This document shows positions 12,967 to 27,499 of a DNA stretch of 64,000 nucleotides, piece by piece. The DNA comes from Azolla caroliniana (lineage: Eukaryota > Plantae > Polypodiophyta): the NCBI GenBank assembly GCA_043228905.1, contig JBHGNT010000001.1, positions 25,482,001 to 25,546,000 on the forward strand, in the 5' to 3' direction. Position numbers and translations under genes: made by a program. Positions within the stretch are counted from its first letter, which is position 1; every line of letters starts with the position of its first letter. The notes beneath the pieces were generated by a model. It saw only the letters and a program-made list of their open reading frames with translations. It had not been told where the DNA came from and did no database searches.

Positions 12967-13478
12967 TAGGTGACAATCGGCAACAGTTCGGTTCGGTTCG
13001 AGAGGGTCCAAACCGAACCAGTTTGGAACCGAAGCGTTAATTTTTTTTTAAACTTGAACCAAACCACGAAACCGTTAAACCGAACTGATAAACATTTTTC
13101 AAACCGTTAAACCATTAAACCGTAAAAACTGCAAGTTTCGTGGTTCGGTTTCGGTTTTCAACATAGGTCAAATTTTTTATTTTTTAAAATTTATAATATT
13201 TCATTTTTTAGAATTTTTAGAATTTTTAAGATGTTCTTAAAATGTGAGAATAAGGTGTAAAAATGAAAAGATTGTTAAAAAACAAATTTTAGAATTTTTT
13301 TAGAATTTTTTAAATTTAAATAAAAAATATTTAAATAAAAAATAGAAACCGTTTAACCATTTAAACCACGGTTTTTTTACTGTTGAAACCAAACTGAAAC
13401 CGAACCGAACCGTTGAAACCGTTAAGCCGTTAAACCGCGGTTTCATGGTTCGGTTCAGTTTTGCCGATTGTTAATCTA
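12967..13478. mobile_element. MITE-like element (hAT-type, AAACCG/CGGTT subterminal repeats)
   Basis: Imperfect TIRs taggtgacaatcggcaa / ttgccgattgttaatcta; dense aaccg/cggtt motifs at both ends; AT-rich core; no TSD recognisable. Confidence 0.7.
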
Positions 13479-14034
13479 AGGGAATACTTGGGTTTAATTT
13501 TATATATGCCCCTTCCCCCAACACACACACAAACCACAAACCATTTGCCATATTAGCCAAGAGTCAAGATCCAACACCCATTAATGAGCATCCAAATGAC
13601 AAACCAAGGCACTTCCATCGTGTATAATATATGGTGGCACCCATCTTTCCTAAAATTGCTCATTTTTTCATGTTGTAGACTAAATATTATTATTAGTATA
13701 TATGTTTGCATCGCATGCTTTTAACTCTCTCATCTCTTATGGCTACATACCATGATCTACCATGAATCTACGTCCACAAGCTTGATCATTTGTGAGTAGT
13801 ACTTAAAAGACCCAGAAAAATGCACATATTTTTCTTTAAATAAATGTTTGTATAATGGTTTAAATTGGATGAAGGTTTAGGTGCAAGATCCAAGTATACG
13901 CAATTATTGTGTTTCCTTTTTTTCTCTCTCCTAAGTATGCATTGCATGGAGCATTTCTAGGACTTGGTGTTTGTTGCAACTTGCATATATGTACATTAGT
14001 TTACTTTACATTTTAGGAATAAAAAGTATTGGGG

Positions 14035-14975
14035 AATGTTGCATCTCGAAGCAATTTCTTTATATGTTGTGAACACTATGATTGTTTAAAGTTCCTACTA
14101 ATGTGATGTGCATATATTCAAAATGTGTAATAGAATTATGATGTCACGTCATTACAATGTGTTAGATGAAGGATGGTACTCCATGATGCCTTTTAGAGGA
14201 AACTTTGAAAGGTCATACGAATGAGCATTTGAAACCAATATGACTCATGGAGCAATGATGGTGCTCATGTGCAACCAATCCATGGCCCCAACATTATGAC
14301 AAGGTTAGAATCTCTCTAAAGTTTTTATGATGTACCATTGTGATCTCCCAATTGATGAGATGAAAAGGGGGAGCATGCAAAACCTTGATCCGTTACAATA
14401 TTTGCCAATGAGGAAGAGTGATCTCTTTGAGTCTCAAACATTTTCTTGGACATGGTGTTCATTAGTTTGGTTTGCATTTTATGAACACAAAGTAGTGGAG
14501 AATGTTGCATCTCGACACGGTTTCTTTATTTACTGTTCACACTAGGGTTGTTTAAGTCCCTATTAATGTCATGTGCATACAATCAAAATGTGGCATCAAA
14601 TCGTGGAGTCACATTTGTACAATAAGTTAGACGTAAGGAACAGTACTAAATGATGCCTTTGGGGGAAACTTTAGATGTAGCCTCACCGTTAGTACCTACA
14701 AAATATTTTCTCGTGGGAATTTATAAAAGATCATACTAATGCCCACTTGAGAGCAATATGTATGACTCCTGGGATTATGATCGAGCTCACGTGCAACCAA
14801 TCTTCATCCCCACATTATGACAAAGCTAGAATATCTTTAAAGTTAAGAATTTTACGATGTACCATTGCAATCTCCTAATTGATGAGAGGAAAAGAGGGAG
14901 CATGCAAAATCTTGATCAACTACAAGAAAATTATTGACGAGGAAGCACTATATCTTGGTATTTCAAACATTCTCT
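14035..14975. repeat. Old diverged tandem duplication (period ~465-520 bp)
   Basis: gaatgttgcatctcga at 14035 and 14500; shared blocks gtgcaaccaatc, cattatgacaa, gatgtaccattg and gggagcatgcaaaa occur in both copies. Confidence 0.8.
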
Positions 14976-17900
14976 AGCCTTAATTAATTTAAATCCTGCT
15001 TATAAAAGAATTCCTCCTAAATTCATTGAATACTCCCGAGAATGCCCTCAAATTAATTTGTTCATTATTTATAAGCTCATATTTTTTACTTTCAATATAT
15101 CTAGCATGATGCAAAATCAATGTTTCTAACAATGACAACTATAGTCATCAACTTGCAAAATGAATACTTCTAACAATGTTGACAATAGTTATCACCTTGC
15201 AAAATCAATGCCTCTAGACAAGGATGATCCTCCTTTGATGCCTTGCCACATGGATGAGGGTTAGTTATGTGTTGCGTCAATTTTATCATTCATGTCATTA
15301 TGACAACTCATTTTTTAGTGACATATTTGGAATATTGAAATTGGGTAGAATGGTTTACTTCCCTCATCAAGTTTGGGTTGTTCTATATCATGCTACATCT
15401 AAATTACTTGTTTAAACCCTATGAAATTTCCTTTTCAAAACCATGCGCGGCTTGTAAATGTGAGTTTGTAAATACTTAAAACATTGCAAATAAAATCTTA
15501 ATAAAATATGGGATAGTGGATGGCACTACAACCCAAGAGAATCACCAAGTTTGGACAATTCACATCATGCATTGAATATTGTTGTCAAAATGGATTTTTC
15601 TAGAACTACAACGCCAAACTCGAAGACATCGTTTGTTTCCGTTGACCTAAACAAGCCATAGTGACCATACCTCATCTTCATATATTTCTTGGAATTGGAG
15701 AATTTGGAATGAGCTTGAATGCTAGTTCCTTCGGCTCAATAAAAAGCAAGTTGGCACTTGATGATTAAAACAAACTCAATTCTCTAACTTTGATTCAAAC
15801 TTTGCCAATCTTGAAAGTGCTAGAACAAGTGGGAACATTCTCCAACGTATTGGATTTTTTAAACAACATAAATTGCATCAAGTTCTCGATGTCAAGGGGA
15901 TTGTTGTTGACTACTTCATCAACACATGTTTATTTTACTGTAGCATTTGGAAAGGTGTTATAATTTATGACCTGAAATTCTTGGAAGATTGTTGAAAATT
16001 GTACCATAATGATGCCAATATATTACCCACCTTTCCCCATGTATTGAAAAGGTTTGTCCATATGTAGTATAAATTATAACAACAATTGGGCAAAAATAGA
16101 TCCTCAAAAAACATAAAAATAGAAAGCTAATGTCTTGATACAAAAAATGTGCTTAGAAACAAGTTCTTAAGGGTAGAGATGATATTATATATTGGTTCAC
16201 AAGGCTAAGCGCACAACTTAATTTGTATTTCATTCCATAGGAAAAGATTTTCCTCCCAAAGAGGTTACAACTTTCAACACACCTCCTAAATGTGCATGTT
16301 TGATCACAAGGCTTTAACCGCAAACAATGAGGAAATTATCTGTTTTTTCACTAAACTAAGAGAATCTTAATCACTACTTCACAAACATTTAAAGCTTCAT
16401 CTCTAATTAAATAATATCTAGTTGATTACTTAATTAATTTAAAATAACGTGCAACAGACACAATAATGCTACTTTGCATACAATTTTGTATTTCTAAGTG
16501 CTAACAAAAAGAAAACTACACGAGTTCTCTTCGGTGGACACCGGTAAGTTACGACTCCTAACCACTACATACATAATTAAAAGGAAGAAAATCATCCTTT
16601 AAATGCTAGGAAACTATTGAAAGGGTCTATGCATTGATTTATGGCACGTCGTGAGACTATCAAACCCATAAATAAAGAATTCAAAACGAACACTTATCAA
16701 TCTTCTAACAAAAATATATCTTGTATGTTGTTCCCCTGTGTTGGGGTTCCACTATTTTTAGTGGCTACACATTAGTGGATTTTCGTGATCTCATCACTTT
16801 TTACCATGCTAGTATCCACCCCCATTGTGCTTTATCTATTAGAAGTTGTGCATATGGATATCATACATATAATAGTGGTCATTAGAAGTATCCCACGTGC
16901 ATATTAGGCAAGAAAGAAGCAATCCCCACAAAATATAAAGGAGCCTTCAAACATTGATCCGACATTCAAGTTCAACCCCAATTATGAGATTCTCTTGTTG
17001 GGTTTCCTTTGTCATGTTGTGCCCTTCATGTCGTTGTAGATATCATTATCTTCAATATAGTTTCATGATTATTTTTCAGTATTTCTTGGTCTCTTATGTG
17101 TAGGTTTTTGGAAGTTTATTCCCAGGTTCATGATAGGCTTGAATGCGGCCAAATAATGAGAGTATGCCATGGTGGTATGGGCCACGGAGTAGTGCTACAT
17201 AAATATGACATGGGCCATAATTATGTAGATATTGAATTAGAGATAAGTAGTAAGTACAAAACGACAAGTTGATGCTTGAATGGGGTGGAGTATGACTTTG
17301 CCCATCATGAACAAGGTGTTTTAACTTACCTACAATGTACCTTTTATGTTTGTGAGATGATGCCAAAACATGTGATGTGAATGAAGAATTTGCAACAAAA
17401 TCTATAAAATATTTATAATTGTTTTTATGATGCTAGGGACAATTTAATTTAAATGAGGTGGAATGGTTTTGGGTAGAAATATTGAAACATGAGGTATAGA
17501 GGGAAGGGGAAACTTATGACAATGGAGGATGAAATTTGAAATATTGATTGCCCATGAGGATTTGGACACGAAGCTACGGCTTTGAGTATCACACAAATAG
17601 TTGCATCATGGTGCTATGTCTATGTGACCAAATCATTGACTTATGTATCACACTTAGTGACTCGACTTAATTATACTTGCTGGATACATTTAGACATGCA
17701 TACAATAATGTATCCTCATAATTTATATGATTAACAATGAGATTACATTAATTGCCTTAGTTTTTATTATAATAAAATCCAAATCATAATTAACATGCCC
17801 AACCATGCTTTTGTAGATAAAATGTTAAGGTTGTAATGGGTACATGGTATTTCATGAGACTTATCCTTTTGTTATTCCCAAGTTACAACTATTTCAATCC

Positions 17901-19385
17901 TAACTTCCTATGCTAGAACCTTCTCATGAGCACGTGTGTCTTATCCTATATCAAATCCATACCGCACTAATATATACATATGGTTATTTACTCTACTAAG
18001 GAATACCATTATTCTCCTTGGCAACTCTTCGTTTGTGTCCAAAGATAATGTTCCATGGGTTTCTCCACTTTTACTTCCATCTCCCTCTTCTCTTCTCTCT
18101 TGGTCTAGCTTCAATGAGATGTTTGTGTTGTCCTGAAGTTCCTTCGCAATTTTTTGTGGATTGTTTCCTCTAGCTTATGAGATGTTTTGATGCTTTTAGC
18201 ACACGATGTGCATTGTGGTTAGACGAATCCAAATGTGTGTAATAGTGTGTCAAGAAAGGGTAATATGGGCAAAGGGTTATTTAAAAGGGGAGGGAAAACT
18301 AGCATGAGGGCCATATGGCACTTGTATACACCTAAAAAGACCATGTATGAAAGAGGGGGAAGGGTTAATCAATGGGGCAATAAAGGTTGTTTCCACTTGA
18401 TTTATTTTCATTGTTAAGAATATCTCACATAATCTATTTTGTTCCAACGTCATTTAGGGTAAAGGGTAGAATTTACATGAAATAGTATAGTTGTAAACTT
18501 GTATAATTGTATTACCTAACACAAAATAGACACAATGAGCTCAATGGAATTCATAAATTATATTATAATTTGATTGCACTCTTACAACATTCCTGTCCAC
18601 ATACCATATAGTATTTCTACGAATTCCTAAGAATAAAAATGCGACATGTGTGGACCCCCTACTTGGACATCATTAACAACTTGTAACCACTCTAAACTTA
18701 TTTAGAATATGAGAGATGGTTACGAGTCATGATCTAAATGTTGGGGAAAACTCAAGGAGGACCAATATTTAAAATGAATGTCGAGGTGGATTTGTATGAG
18801 ACTACCAAGCATTGTACAAGGGCCATCATGGTATCATTGGAATCTTGTGCCTCTTACAACCCAGTGGACAAATTAACTTGCACTTGGGTTATTTGCAAGT
18901 TCCATTCACAAAAGAGACTAGGTAATAGGGAGGCCAAGAGCCACCTTTCTTTGAGATATATTCCAATAGACTTGGTATATGGACGAGAATTGTAGCAATC
19001 ACTAACGTGGCAAGTGGAACTTTGAGTTTATCAATGCCCTACCATCACTTTCCAACACGTACATACACTAATAGACGAGGTCAATGTATGAGAGAGCACG
19101 AACAACCTATCGAGTGATGTTGATACGTAAATGCTCGCCATTCGTATAGTACAACTCACAATCATCTCTGCAAAAAAGAGGAATAAAACAAGGACAACCC
19201 TAACCGATTGAGCCAAGTCTCTACATAACGGAGGAGGCATGTGTCGATCGAGCCAATGGCAATTGTGAGAAGAAACAAAATGCGAAAAAAACACTTTGCT
19301 GAGATACGAAGGTATCAAATCGAGCAAAAGGGCAGGCGATGCAAGCACGAATCAAGACTCTGTTCCCCCCCCATGTTAATGAACT

Positions 19386-19424
19386 ACATACATACATATG
19401 TACATGTACATATACATACATACA

Positions 19425-19456
<32 letters not shown>

Positions 19457-19682
19457 CATACATACACTGTATACATACACATATACATATACATACATAT
19501 ACATACATACACATATACATATACATACATATACATACATACACTGTATACATACACATATACATATACATACATATACATACATACACATATACATATG
19601 TATATAAATGTCTAGCTCTAGAGAGAGAAGGAGGATAAGATGGAGACTTCTGTACGGATCTTTCTAAGTCCTGGGCTCACAC

Positions 19683-19736
<54 letters not shown>

Positions 19737-19748
19737 CTCTCTCTCTCT
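19386..19748. repeat. Compound microsatellite block (TACA)n/(TACATA)n, (CA)n, (CT)n upstream of the 14-3-3 gene
   Basis: Directly visible; it produces the spurious YIH/CVCV ORFs. Confidence 0.95.
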
Positions 19749-19974
19749 CCAAATTCTCCCCTGTTCCTCCTACTTCTCAATGTTTTAAGCTCCCCTGTTC
19801 CTACTTCTTCTTCATGTTTTAAGCTCCTCTGTTCCTTCTTCATCTCTGCTAAGACACACATAAGCTTCTAGGGTTTACCCCCCTAACTGCCTCTTTCTCT
19901 GTCTGTCTGTCTGTCTGTCTGTCGCTCGCCCGCTCAAAAGACCCAGAATATAGGCCCTTCCCCCCCAACTCACC

Positions 19975-20490
19975 ATGGATCCTGAGACCTCCGCTCCCCC
20001 TCCCCCTTCTTCCCAGGGCTCCAGAGAAGAGAACGTGTACTTCGCTAAGCTCGCGGAGCAAGCGGAGCGGTACGAAGAGATGGTCCAGTTCATGGAGAAG
20101 GTCGCGAAGAGCTTGGAGGCGAGGAGCGAGCTGACATTAGAGGAGAGGAACCTGCTGTCGGTGGCCTACAAGAACGTGGTGGGGGCCAGGAGAGCTTCGT
20201 GGAGGATCGTGGCATCCATCGAGCACAGAGAGGAAGGCAAAGGTAACGAGGAGCATGGCGGCGTGGTGAAGGAATACCGTCGCAAGATCGAATCCGAGCT
20301 CGACAAAGTCTGCGATGGCGTCCTCAACCTCCTGGACATGCATCTCGTTCCCTCCTCCTCCTCAGCAGAATCCAAAGTCTTCTACCTCAAGATGAAAGGA
20401 GATTACCATCGATACCTAGCCGAGTTCAAGAGTGGTGCTGAAAGGAAAGCTTGTGCTGAGAGCACCATGTCTGCTTACAAGGAGGCCCAG
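19975..20490 (+). CDS. 14-3-3 protein (non-epsilon type), exon 1
   Basis: [48 protein letters not shown]; GT donor after CAG at 20490. Confidence 0.97.
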
Positions 20491-20772
20491 GTTCCACAAA
20501 TTCTTGTCTTTTTTGCCTCTATTTTACATATATTTCCTTTTTCACAAATTCTTTTAATTAAAAAAAAAATAAAAATAAAACAGTTTCTGTTTCCATGTAG
20601 TCTTGTTTCCTGTGTAGTTTTTTGTCTTCATTTCTGACATGGGTTTTTCGTTTTGTGGCCAGTTTCTCTTGATTGGCTTCACATGTATTGCATCCATGCA
20701 TCCATGCATACACACACATACATGCACGTGGAATGTGTGTATGCATTCCATGCATTTGTGTTTCTAGCATGC

Positions 20773-20830
20773 ATACATACATACATACATACATACATAC
20801 ATACATACATACATACATGCATACATACAT
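20773..20830. repeat. (CATA)n microsatellite in 14-3-3 intron 1
   Basis: Directly visible. Confidence 0.95.
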
Positions 20831-21129
20831 ATATCATTTGCATTCTCCACCCTTCGTCTGCAGGGTCTGTAGATGTCTATAAGCTTCTATAAAATCTTTA
20901 TATGATAATGTTCTCATTTTAGTTTAGATATAATCCTATAACATTGTGAATAGGCATGGTGGTGTTGGTGTGCAGAATCTTGTGTGAAATAAAGGAACGT
21001 TTTCTAAGTGTGTTCGTTCGTGGTGCTTAGGGTTGTAAAGTGATCCTTGTGCATATAATGGAGGTAAATAATCATAATGTTTCATGAAAATACTCATGTA
21101 CGATTCTTATGTTTGTTTCTCTGTTGTAG

Positions 21130-21252
21130 GATATTGCCCTTGCAGAGCTTGCTCCAACTCATCCGATTCGCTTAGGATTGGCTTTGAACTTTTCGGTCTT
21201 CTATTTCGAGATCTTGAATTCGCCAGATAAGGCGTGTGCCCTTGCAAAACAG
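21130..21252 (+). CDS. 14-3-3 exon 2 (123 nt)
   Basis: TGTAG acceptor; [41 protein letters not shown]; GTAAAC donor. Confidence 0.97.
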
Positions 21253-21346
21253 GTAAACTAAATTAATGTGTCGATTTGATAACCTTTGTCTTTCACTATA
21301 TATATTTTCTAAACTTCCCTCTTTCACTATGTATTGGATTATTCAG

Positions 21347-21463
21347 GCATTCGATGAAGCTATATCGGAGCTTGATACCGTTGGTGAAGATTCATACAAG
21401 GATAGTACTCTTATTATGCAGCTTTTACGTGACAATCTAACACTTTGGACATCTGATATGCAG
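21347..21463 (+). CDS. 14-3-3 exon 3 (117 nt)
   Basis: [39 protein letters not shown]; AG/GT boundaries. Confidence 0.97.
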
Positions 21464-21701
21464 GTAAGATAGATATAGTCCTTTTATGTTGGTTCTTTTA
21501 GCATAGTGTAGGGGACCGACAAAATGTATTTGATTATGTTTAATGAGTTTTAATTGGTAATCTTTCTCGTTAAATTCTCCATGATAAGTGATTGATTCAT
21601 TGATGAAAGTAACTTATATGCACATGTACATGGGTTATATATTGATTGGAAAGGACTAATTTGTATTCACATGGGTGATCTTGGTTTTTTCTTGTCATCA
21701 G

Positions 21702-21722
21702 GAACAGGGTGATGACCAATGA
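21702..21722 (+). CDS. 14-3-3 terminal exon (EQGDDQ*); protein about 258 aa
   Basis: Pyrimidine tract plus CAG acceptor at 21699-21701; short acidic tail ending in TGA. Confidence 0.75.
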   Translation, partial: EQGDDQ

Positions 21723-24242
21723 TTGCAGATGTTTCGAAATGTTTAGCGGATTTGAAGCATGCTACATATGTACCATGAGCATGCAATGTAGGATAAAGAA
21801 CAATGTGGTATTGAATGGCTTTTCAGAACTTAATTTAAATGAAAACAACCACCATTCCAGGGGGAGCTAGTGATTTGTATCCTTGGTCATGGAGATCCTT
21901 CTGCCCTACCATTTACTTCCTAATGTTATGCCAGTCTTTTTCCATTCCATTTGGAAAATGGATAAGCATAAAAATGTAGGGTTTTTGTGTCATTTAAATC
22001 AGTATAATGTTGGCATTACTGTATTCACGCTAATTCAAGTGTGGTAATACCAACTAGGTGATTCATAATTAAGTAAAGAGCACGTTGATTATACGGAAAA
22101 GTATCTAATGCATTCACTAGGTATAAATTATTGGAGGAGTTTGAAGTTACCAATACTGAAGTAGATAATTCTCATTTTAATTGAAGGGATTTCCCAAAAC
22201 AAATCAAAATTCGGATTGATCAACATCCACCTCTTCATTTGTCCAATGCAGTTGTAAAAGAGAACTAATTGCTAAGTGTTACTGCCTACTTTTGTTTGAT
22301 TGCTATGCCTATGAATAACAATTTTACATTACTTTTGAGTTCAATCTGAGCACATACTAACATGCCTATGTTCAAATATACATGTGCACAACAAAAATCT
22401 TGACAGTGCATGGATATGGAAGTGTTCTATATACATAATGTGGCAGTCAGGGGTGTGATGAGAAGTTTGAAAAAACATTGGTGGATATAAAGTAAAAGGA
22501 AAGTTGCAGTAAATTCTAATGTTGAGTTGGAAAACATTGTAATAGTGAAGTGCATCACAGGTTTTCTTAGAATTCAAAACTTGCTTCTAGTTATCTCAAA
22601 AAACTTGATCAAATCAACGTGACTTAATTTGAACAAACCCAATTGGGCACTTTGAAAAGGAGTTGTCAATCCAACTTTTCTTGGACAAAAAAATCTGATC
22701 ACCATCATTGTCTTTTTAGACCCTTTCACATGTCTCACTTCACCTTTTTGCATCTGATTTTGAAAGTATGTGAAATGTCTTACTATTGACAAGACCTTCC
22801 CCTTCAAGATGAAATGTGAGATGATTGTTACTTATGTTTGCATCTTTAGAGTGATAAGTTATATAGCTCAACCACAAAAAGATTCATGATAAGATTGTGA
22901 CCAAAGGCTTCGCTCAAAAGGGATATGTATCATGTCATGCAATTTCTTATGCACTTGTATGGAAAAATATTCATACTTGCTTTTCTCTAGTATTATTGGG
23001 GTTTGGTGACATCTTGGCAAAGAAACATGATTCATTATATTCAATTATATGGATTTCTCATGATTGTAGGAAATATTGAGGTCGCTTGTCCCTTCACATT
23101 AGGATTTATTCTTAGCAGTTTAAACACATCACCTTATGCCTCTCATATACAATTGGATATAATCAAAATATTAAATACAATACTAACCACAATGCTAGTG
23201 AAAGTGCACATTAGAACATTAATCACATTGAATTGTCATCATATTTTATTTAATTAGTGCCACACTAACTTAATAGAACAAATTGTGATATATTTACATA
23301 TAGAGGGTTGGATCTATACTAACCCTAAAAAGATATTGAACAATGACACTTCGAGGAAAACATACAATACGGACTTGTACGGAAAAACATTTCACATGTG
23401 TTATAGAAATGGTAAGACTTTGAACCAAATGATGGTATCATGATGTACTTCTAATTTCTAAACATAGCCTAAATATGAATTGCTATATTTAAAACACATT
23501 AGGATGTCTATAGGTTGTATTCCTACTTGTCATTATAGAGTTTGGGCCAATCATGCATATTGTCATGATGCCTAAGATTAGTAAAATGGTAAAAGAAGAA
23601 ACACTCATAATTCATGTGTTATGATCATCATTGCCAAATATAAAATTGATATTTTGATGGGTTTTTTGCATTGTCACATTGAGCATGTAAGTTGAATGTT
23701 TTCAAGCATGTGATCATATGTTTGTTACGTTGTGAAATCAATCTACATGAAAGGACTATAAAGGTACTTCTTTGTGATTCTATTCTTTCTTTCTCGTGAT
23801 CACTTGGGCTACAATACAAGACTTGCATTGGAATGAAATCATTCTCCAACTTTGTTTTATTACTATTAAAGGTTGGATGTAAATATTTGAAGACAAAAAC
23901 TAAAGATATGATACCAAGCTTGCTTGAGAATTACAAGATTTTAATAAGGAACATCCTAGTTAGAGATGTTTCAGAAAATACCTATAGGAGACCAACATAG
24001 ATATCAATCAACTGTGAGGAATTTACTTGTGTTCATTTCTAAATAATATGTTATGCATTATTGTGTGTCAATGACCATCTAAAGTTTTTGTAATTGAACA
24101 CAAACTACACATTCATATACAATTATATAGGCTACCATGCATGAATTACCTTTGAGGTTGGACTTTATGGGCATTGGTAAAATCATGGAAAATGTACTCA
24201 ATTGGTATTATACATAATGATATACCATATTGTATATGCACT

Positions 24243-24580
24243 CTCTTAAATGGTGGGATTGATTATGGACTCTAGAAGAATAAGGAAAGCCCTTAGATTT
24301 GGATCAATTTAAAAAAGTGTGATTGGATTTCAAATGCAAAATGCTTGTCAAGCTCAGTCCCTAAATTAGTGGGGTTTATTAGTGGCACTAGAAGGATAAG
24401 GAAAGCCCATAAAGTTGGAACAATTTAAAAAAATGTGATTGGATCTCAAATGCAAAATGCTTGAATTCACTCCCTTAACTGGTGGAGTTTAATATGGGCA
24501 TTAGAAGAATAATGAAAGCCCTTCAATATGGATTAATTTAAAAATGCTTTCAGATTTCAAACGCAAAATGCTTGAATTCA
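24243..24580. repeat. Three degenerate tandem copies of a ~115-bp unit
   Basis: tagaaga/gataaggaaagccc...caatttaaaaa...caaatgcaaaatgcttg recurs three times. Confidence 0.85.
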
Positions 24581-25699
24581 CATGTTCCAACTCATCAACA
24601 TTTGATAATGGGTCACCCAAGGGGACAAATTGCTTAAGTACATCACTAGTCTAGGACACATCAAGCAAACATTTCAAAGTTTCTAAAGAAAGCAGTAGTT
24701 GCTTTATGTTTCTCTTAGAGATCATTGACGCCATTGACAAATGAAATGGACTAATCTTTTCATAACAGTGGCTGCTATGGAAAATCGTTCTAAAGCCTAT
24801 TATTATGCATATGGTGCCTTATAATCAACTGTATGGTCGTCAAGTCATTGCAACACTTATGCATCTCATGTGACTCCATGTAGTCAGTGGGTCCTTGAAA
24901 GTCGATTCGTTGCTATTAGAAAATGCGTCAAACCACTTTGGGATTCAATACTCAAACTACATATAAGGAGGAAATTAGCAAAGAGAAAATTGGCAACTAG
25001 TCAAGCCTTTATTTATTTGAATTCGAGTGAAATGTTGTGCAGACAGAACATTAGTAATTCTACTACACATATATTATTGAAACTTATGTTAAACTTTATT
25101 TATCATTAATAAGGCATGGAAATCTTGATGCTAATATTTCAGGTTGAGTGGTACTTTTCTTGCAACTAGAGCACAAATTTACCCCTTACTCACATGTTTC
25201 CCTTGGATTTTGCTCCTCATTTAGTTCAAGTACTTCTTTTTGTATCCCAAAGGCTGATGTTTGTGCTAATGTTCCATTCATCCATGCTTTGGTGTTTAAA
25301 GTTTGTTGTTACTTAATTAGTGCTTAATTAGTGGTGACATTGGCATACATTTCGTGTCATCAACAAAATAGTATCTAGCAAGAAAATTGTCAATAATAGA
25401 TGACAATATTAACAATTTAGGTTTGCCCATTGTCTATCATAATTTAAATTGTCATTTCTAGATCACACATATAGATGAATATGTTTTTATCTAGTTATTT
25501 ACTACGGCATCAAACGATTGATTATGAATTCTTCACTCCCAAATGAAGAAATCATAACATTGTTGTACATCATCCTCACCACACTTGCATGTCAAGTCTT
25601 TTCAATTGGAATTTTCTTCTTTCGGTTACATGGATATTATATTAGTACAAATCCCCATGCAATCAATGAAGGTTTTCATCATCCTTCATTAGTATTAAG

Positions 25700-26600
25700 A
25701 AAAGTGCCGGAGGGCTACAAAAATGTAAAATCAGAGAGTATTATATACAAAAGAAATGGTCAAGGCAAGGACCAAGGTTGTTGATATCTCCATAACGGTC
25801 CTTTAGAGGAGACCGTGAACAGAGGCAACTTCCTCCATAATTGCAATAATTTTTTCTTTTTCTTCAGAACATTCTCCGAAGAGCTTGGCATATTGTCATA
25901 TTGCCCCCACACAACCGCCAATAAGCTCCCCCATAATTCCGGCAATATATATGAGAGAAGAGGAATTATGGACTCATATCGTCTTTTACAACGATACTTC
26001 CATAATATCCATAATGTAATCGTAGATACTGTTTTCCATACATGGGCAGCACGCATTTGCTTACGAGGTTGCTGAAAAGGGGAGACAATAATTAGATGTA
26101 TGTTGATGACTTTCATAGCCTCCTGAGCATCATCTGCTTCATACAATAGGAGATTGGAATGGAGAACCCCCATACCGTTGATCCCCAAGAGAAGAGGTAG
26201 CCTGCATTAATTGTTAGGAATAAAGAGATAACTTTATTCCATACCTATTGGGCTATTGAGCCGCATGCTTGGTAGTTTTCTGCAATAACAACACCGCAAT
26301 AACAACATTGTCTAAGATTAGTTGCCACATCTCCTTTCAATGACTGACCTACTTGTAGTGCTACATGTAGTAAAAGCCATTTGAAGAGAATATATTTGGT
26401 TGGTCCCTTGAAAGACCAAACCCATGTCCAATATGCCTTCAAATGAATGCTCGAAACACCCCACTTATTCTAGTGCTTTTGAGCTACAGGAGTTGGAATG
26501 TTCTTAGACATGAGCCCAATTTCACGTTGTATTGAAAGAATGGAATTTTTGCAATGGATCCATCATGGGATTGGTCCAGAACCACCCCCCTGGGTCCCAC
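25700..26600 (-). mobile_element. LINE ORF2 3' relic
   Basis: FKWLLLHVAL...CCYCG (zf-RVT) and ITLWILWKYRCKRR...ELWGSL...WRYQQP, homologous to the C-terminus of the LINE at 52465-52836. Confidence 0.8.
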
Positions 26601-27499
26601 ATAAGCCTACTAAGTGGTAGTTGTGCATATAACCAAAGCATATCCCACAATTAAGCTATTGACGGTTGTGGTTGAATCCAAAGGTTTTGCACTTATCTAC
26701 CTTTGGTTTGTATGAAGGATGATGAAAACCTTCAATTGAAGTATGATAAATCGTGTGAATCGTCTTTTTGCTTTGATGAATTGAATTATATTGCCATGGG
26801 GATAGGCAATATACGTAGAAGCTTAGGCTCAATTATTCAATCCATGTAATAATTTCTAGACATTTCATAGGGCACATTTAATCTCGAAGAATCTACAATC
26901 CAACATGATAACCTATTATGTAACAATAATCAAGTTAAGTTGGGCACTGCCAGGTTATGTGAGGCTTGGCTTCAAGTAAGTTCATGGAATAATTAAAAAA
27001 AAATACTACATCAATATTAAGAAAACTTCGTGAGTGTTTACAAGCATGTAATAGTTTATATCAATTAAACTTAGGTATTGCTTTGGAGATAAAACATATT
27101 CCATCATCTTTAACATTGACATCTTTCTCTATCTTTGCAATGTTCATACACATCAAACATGTGTTAAGAAGTGTAGAGAACTAAAGTTGTTGAAGTTCCC
27201 CATCTTCACTGAGTATAAGGGACATGTGCTTGGAAGATGTGCATGATGCGCATGGGCAAAATTGGATTGAGGTCTAGCACAATCTATAGGTGATTGGAGA
27301 GAATTTATGTTTAATCTATGGGCAAAAGAACTTTGGTGCTAGCTAAGATGAGGGGATGAATGACAAAGATTTTTGTGAGACAAGCCATATAATGTGTAGA
27401 TGCACATTGGACCTTCTACATGTAATTGGATAGGTCTCTTAACTCCATTGGATGGAGTCTAGGGATATTTTAGGGAAGTAGGCTTTCTGACTTTTGATG

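Noticed and set aside
5799-15050. GGGGTATTCTCG-like motifs at ~5800, ~11520-11610 and, inverted, ~15037 as TIRs of a large DNA transposon
   Set aside because: Matches are short and imperfect, and no TSD or transposase could be tied to them.
19221-19861. Cluster of Tyr/His/Cys/Val-rich ORFs
   Set aside because: These are translations of microsatellites.
20491-20637. C-terminal 48 aa of the 220-aa 14-3-3 ORF
   Set aside because: Read-through into intron 1; homology resumes at 21130.
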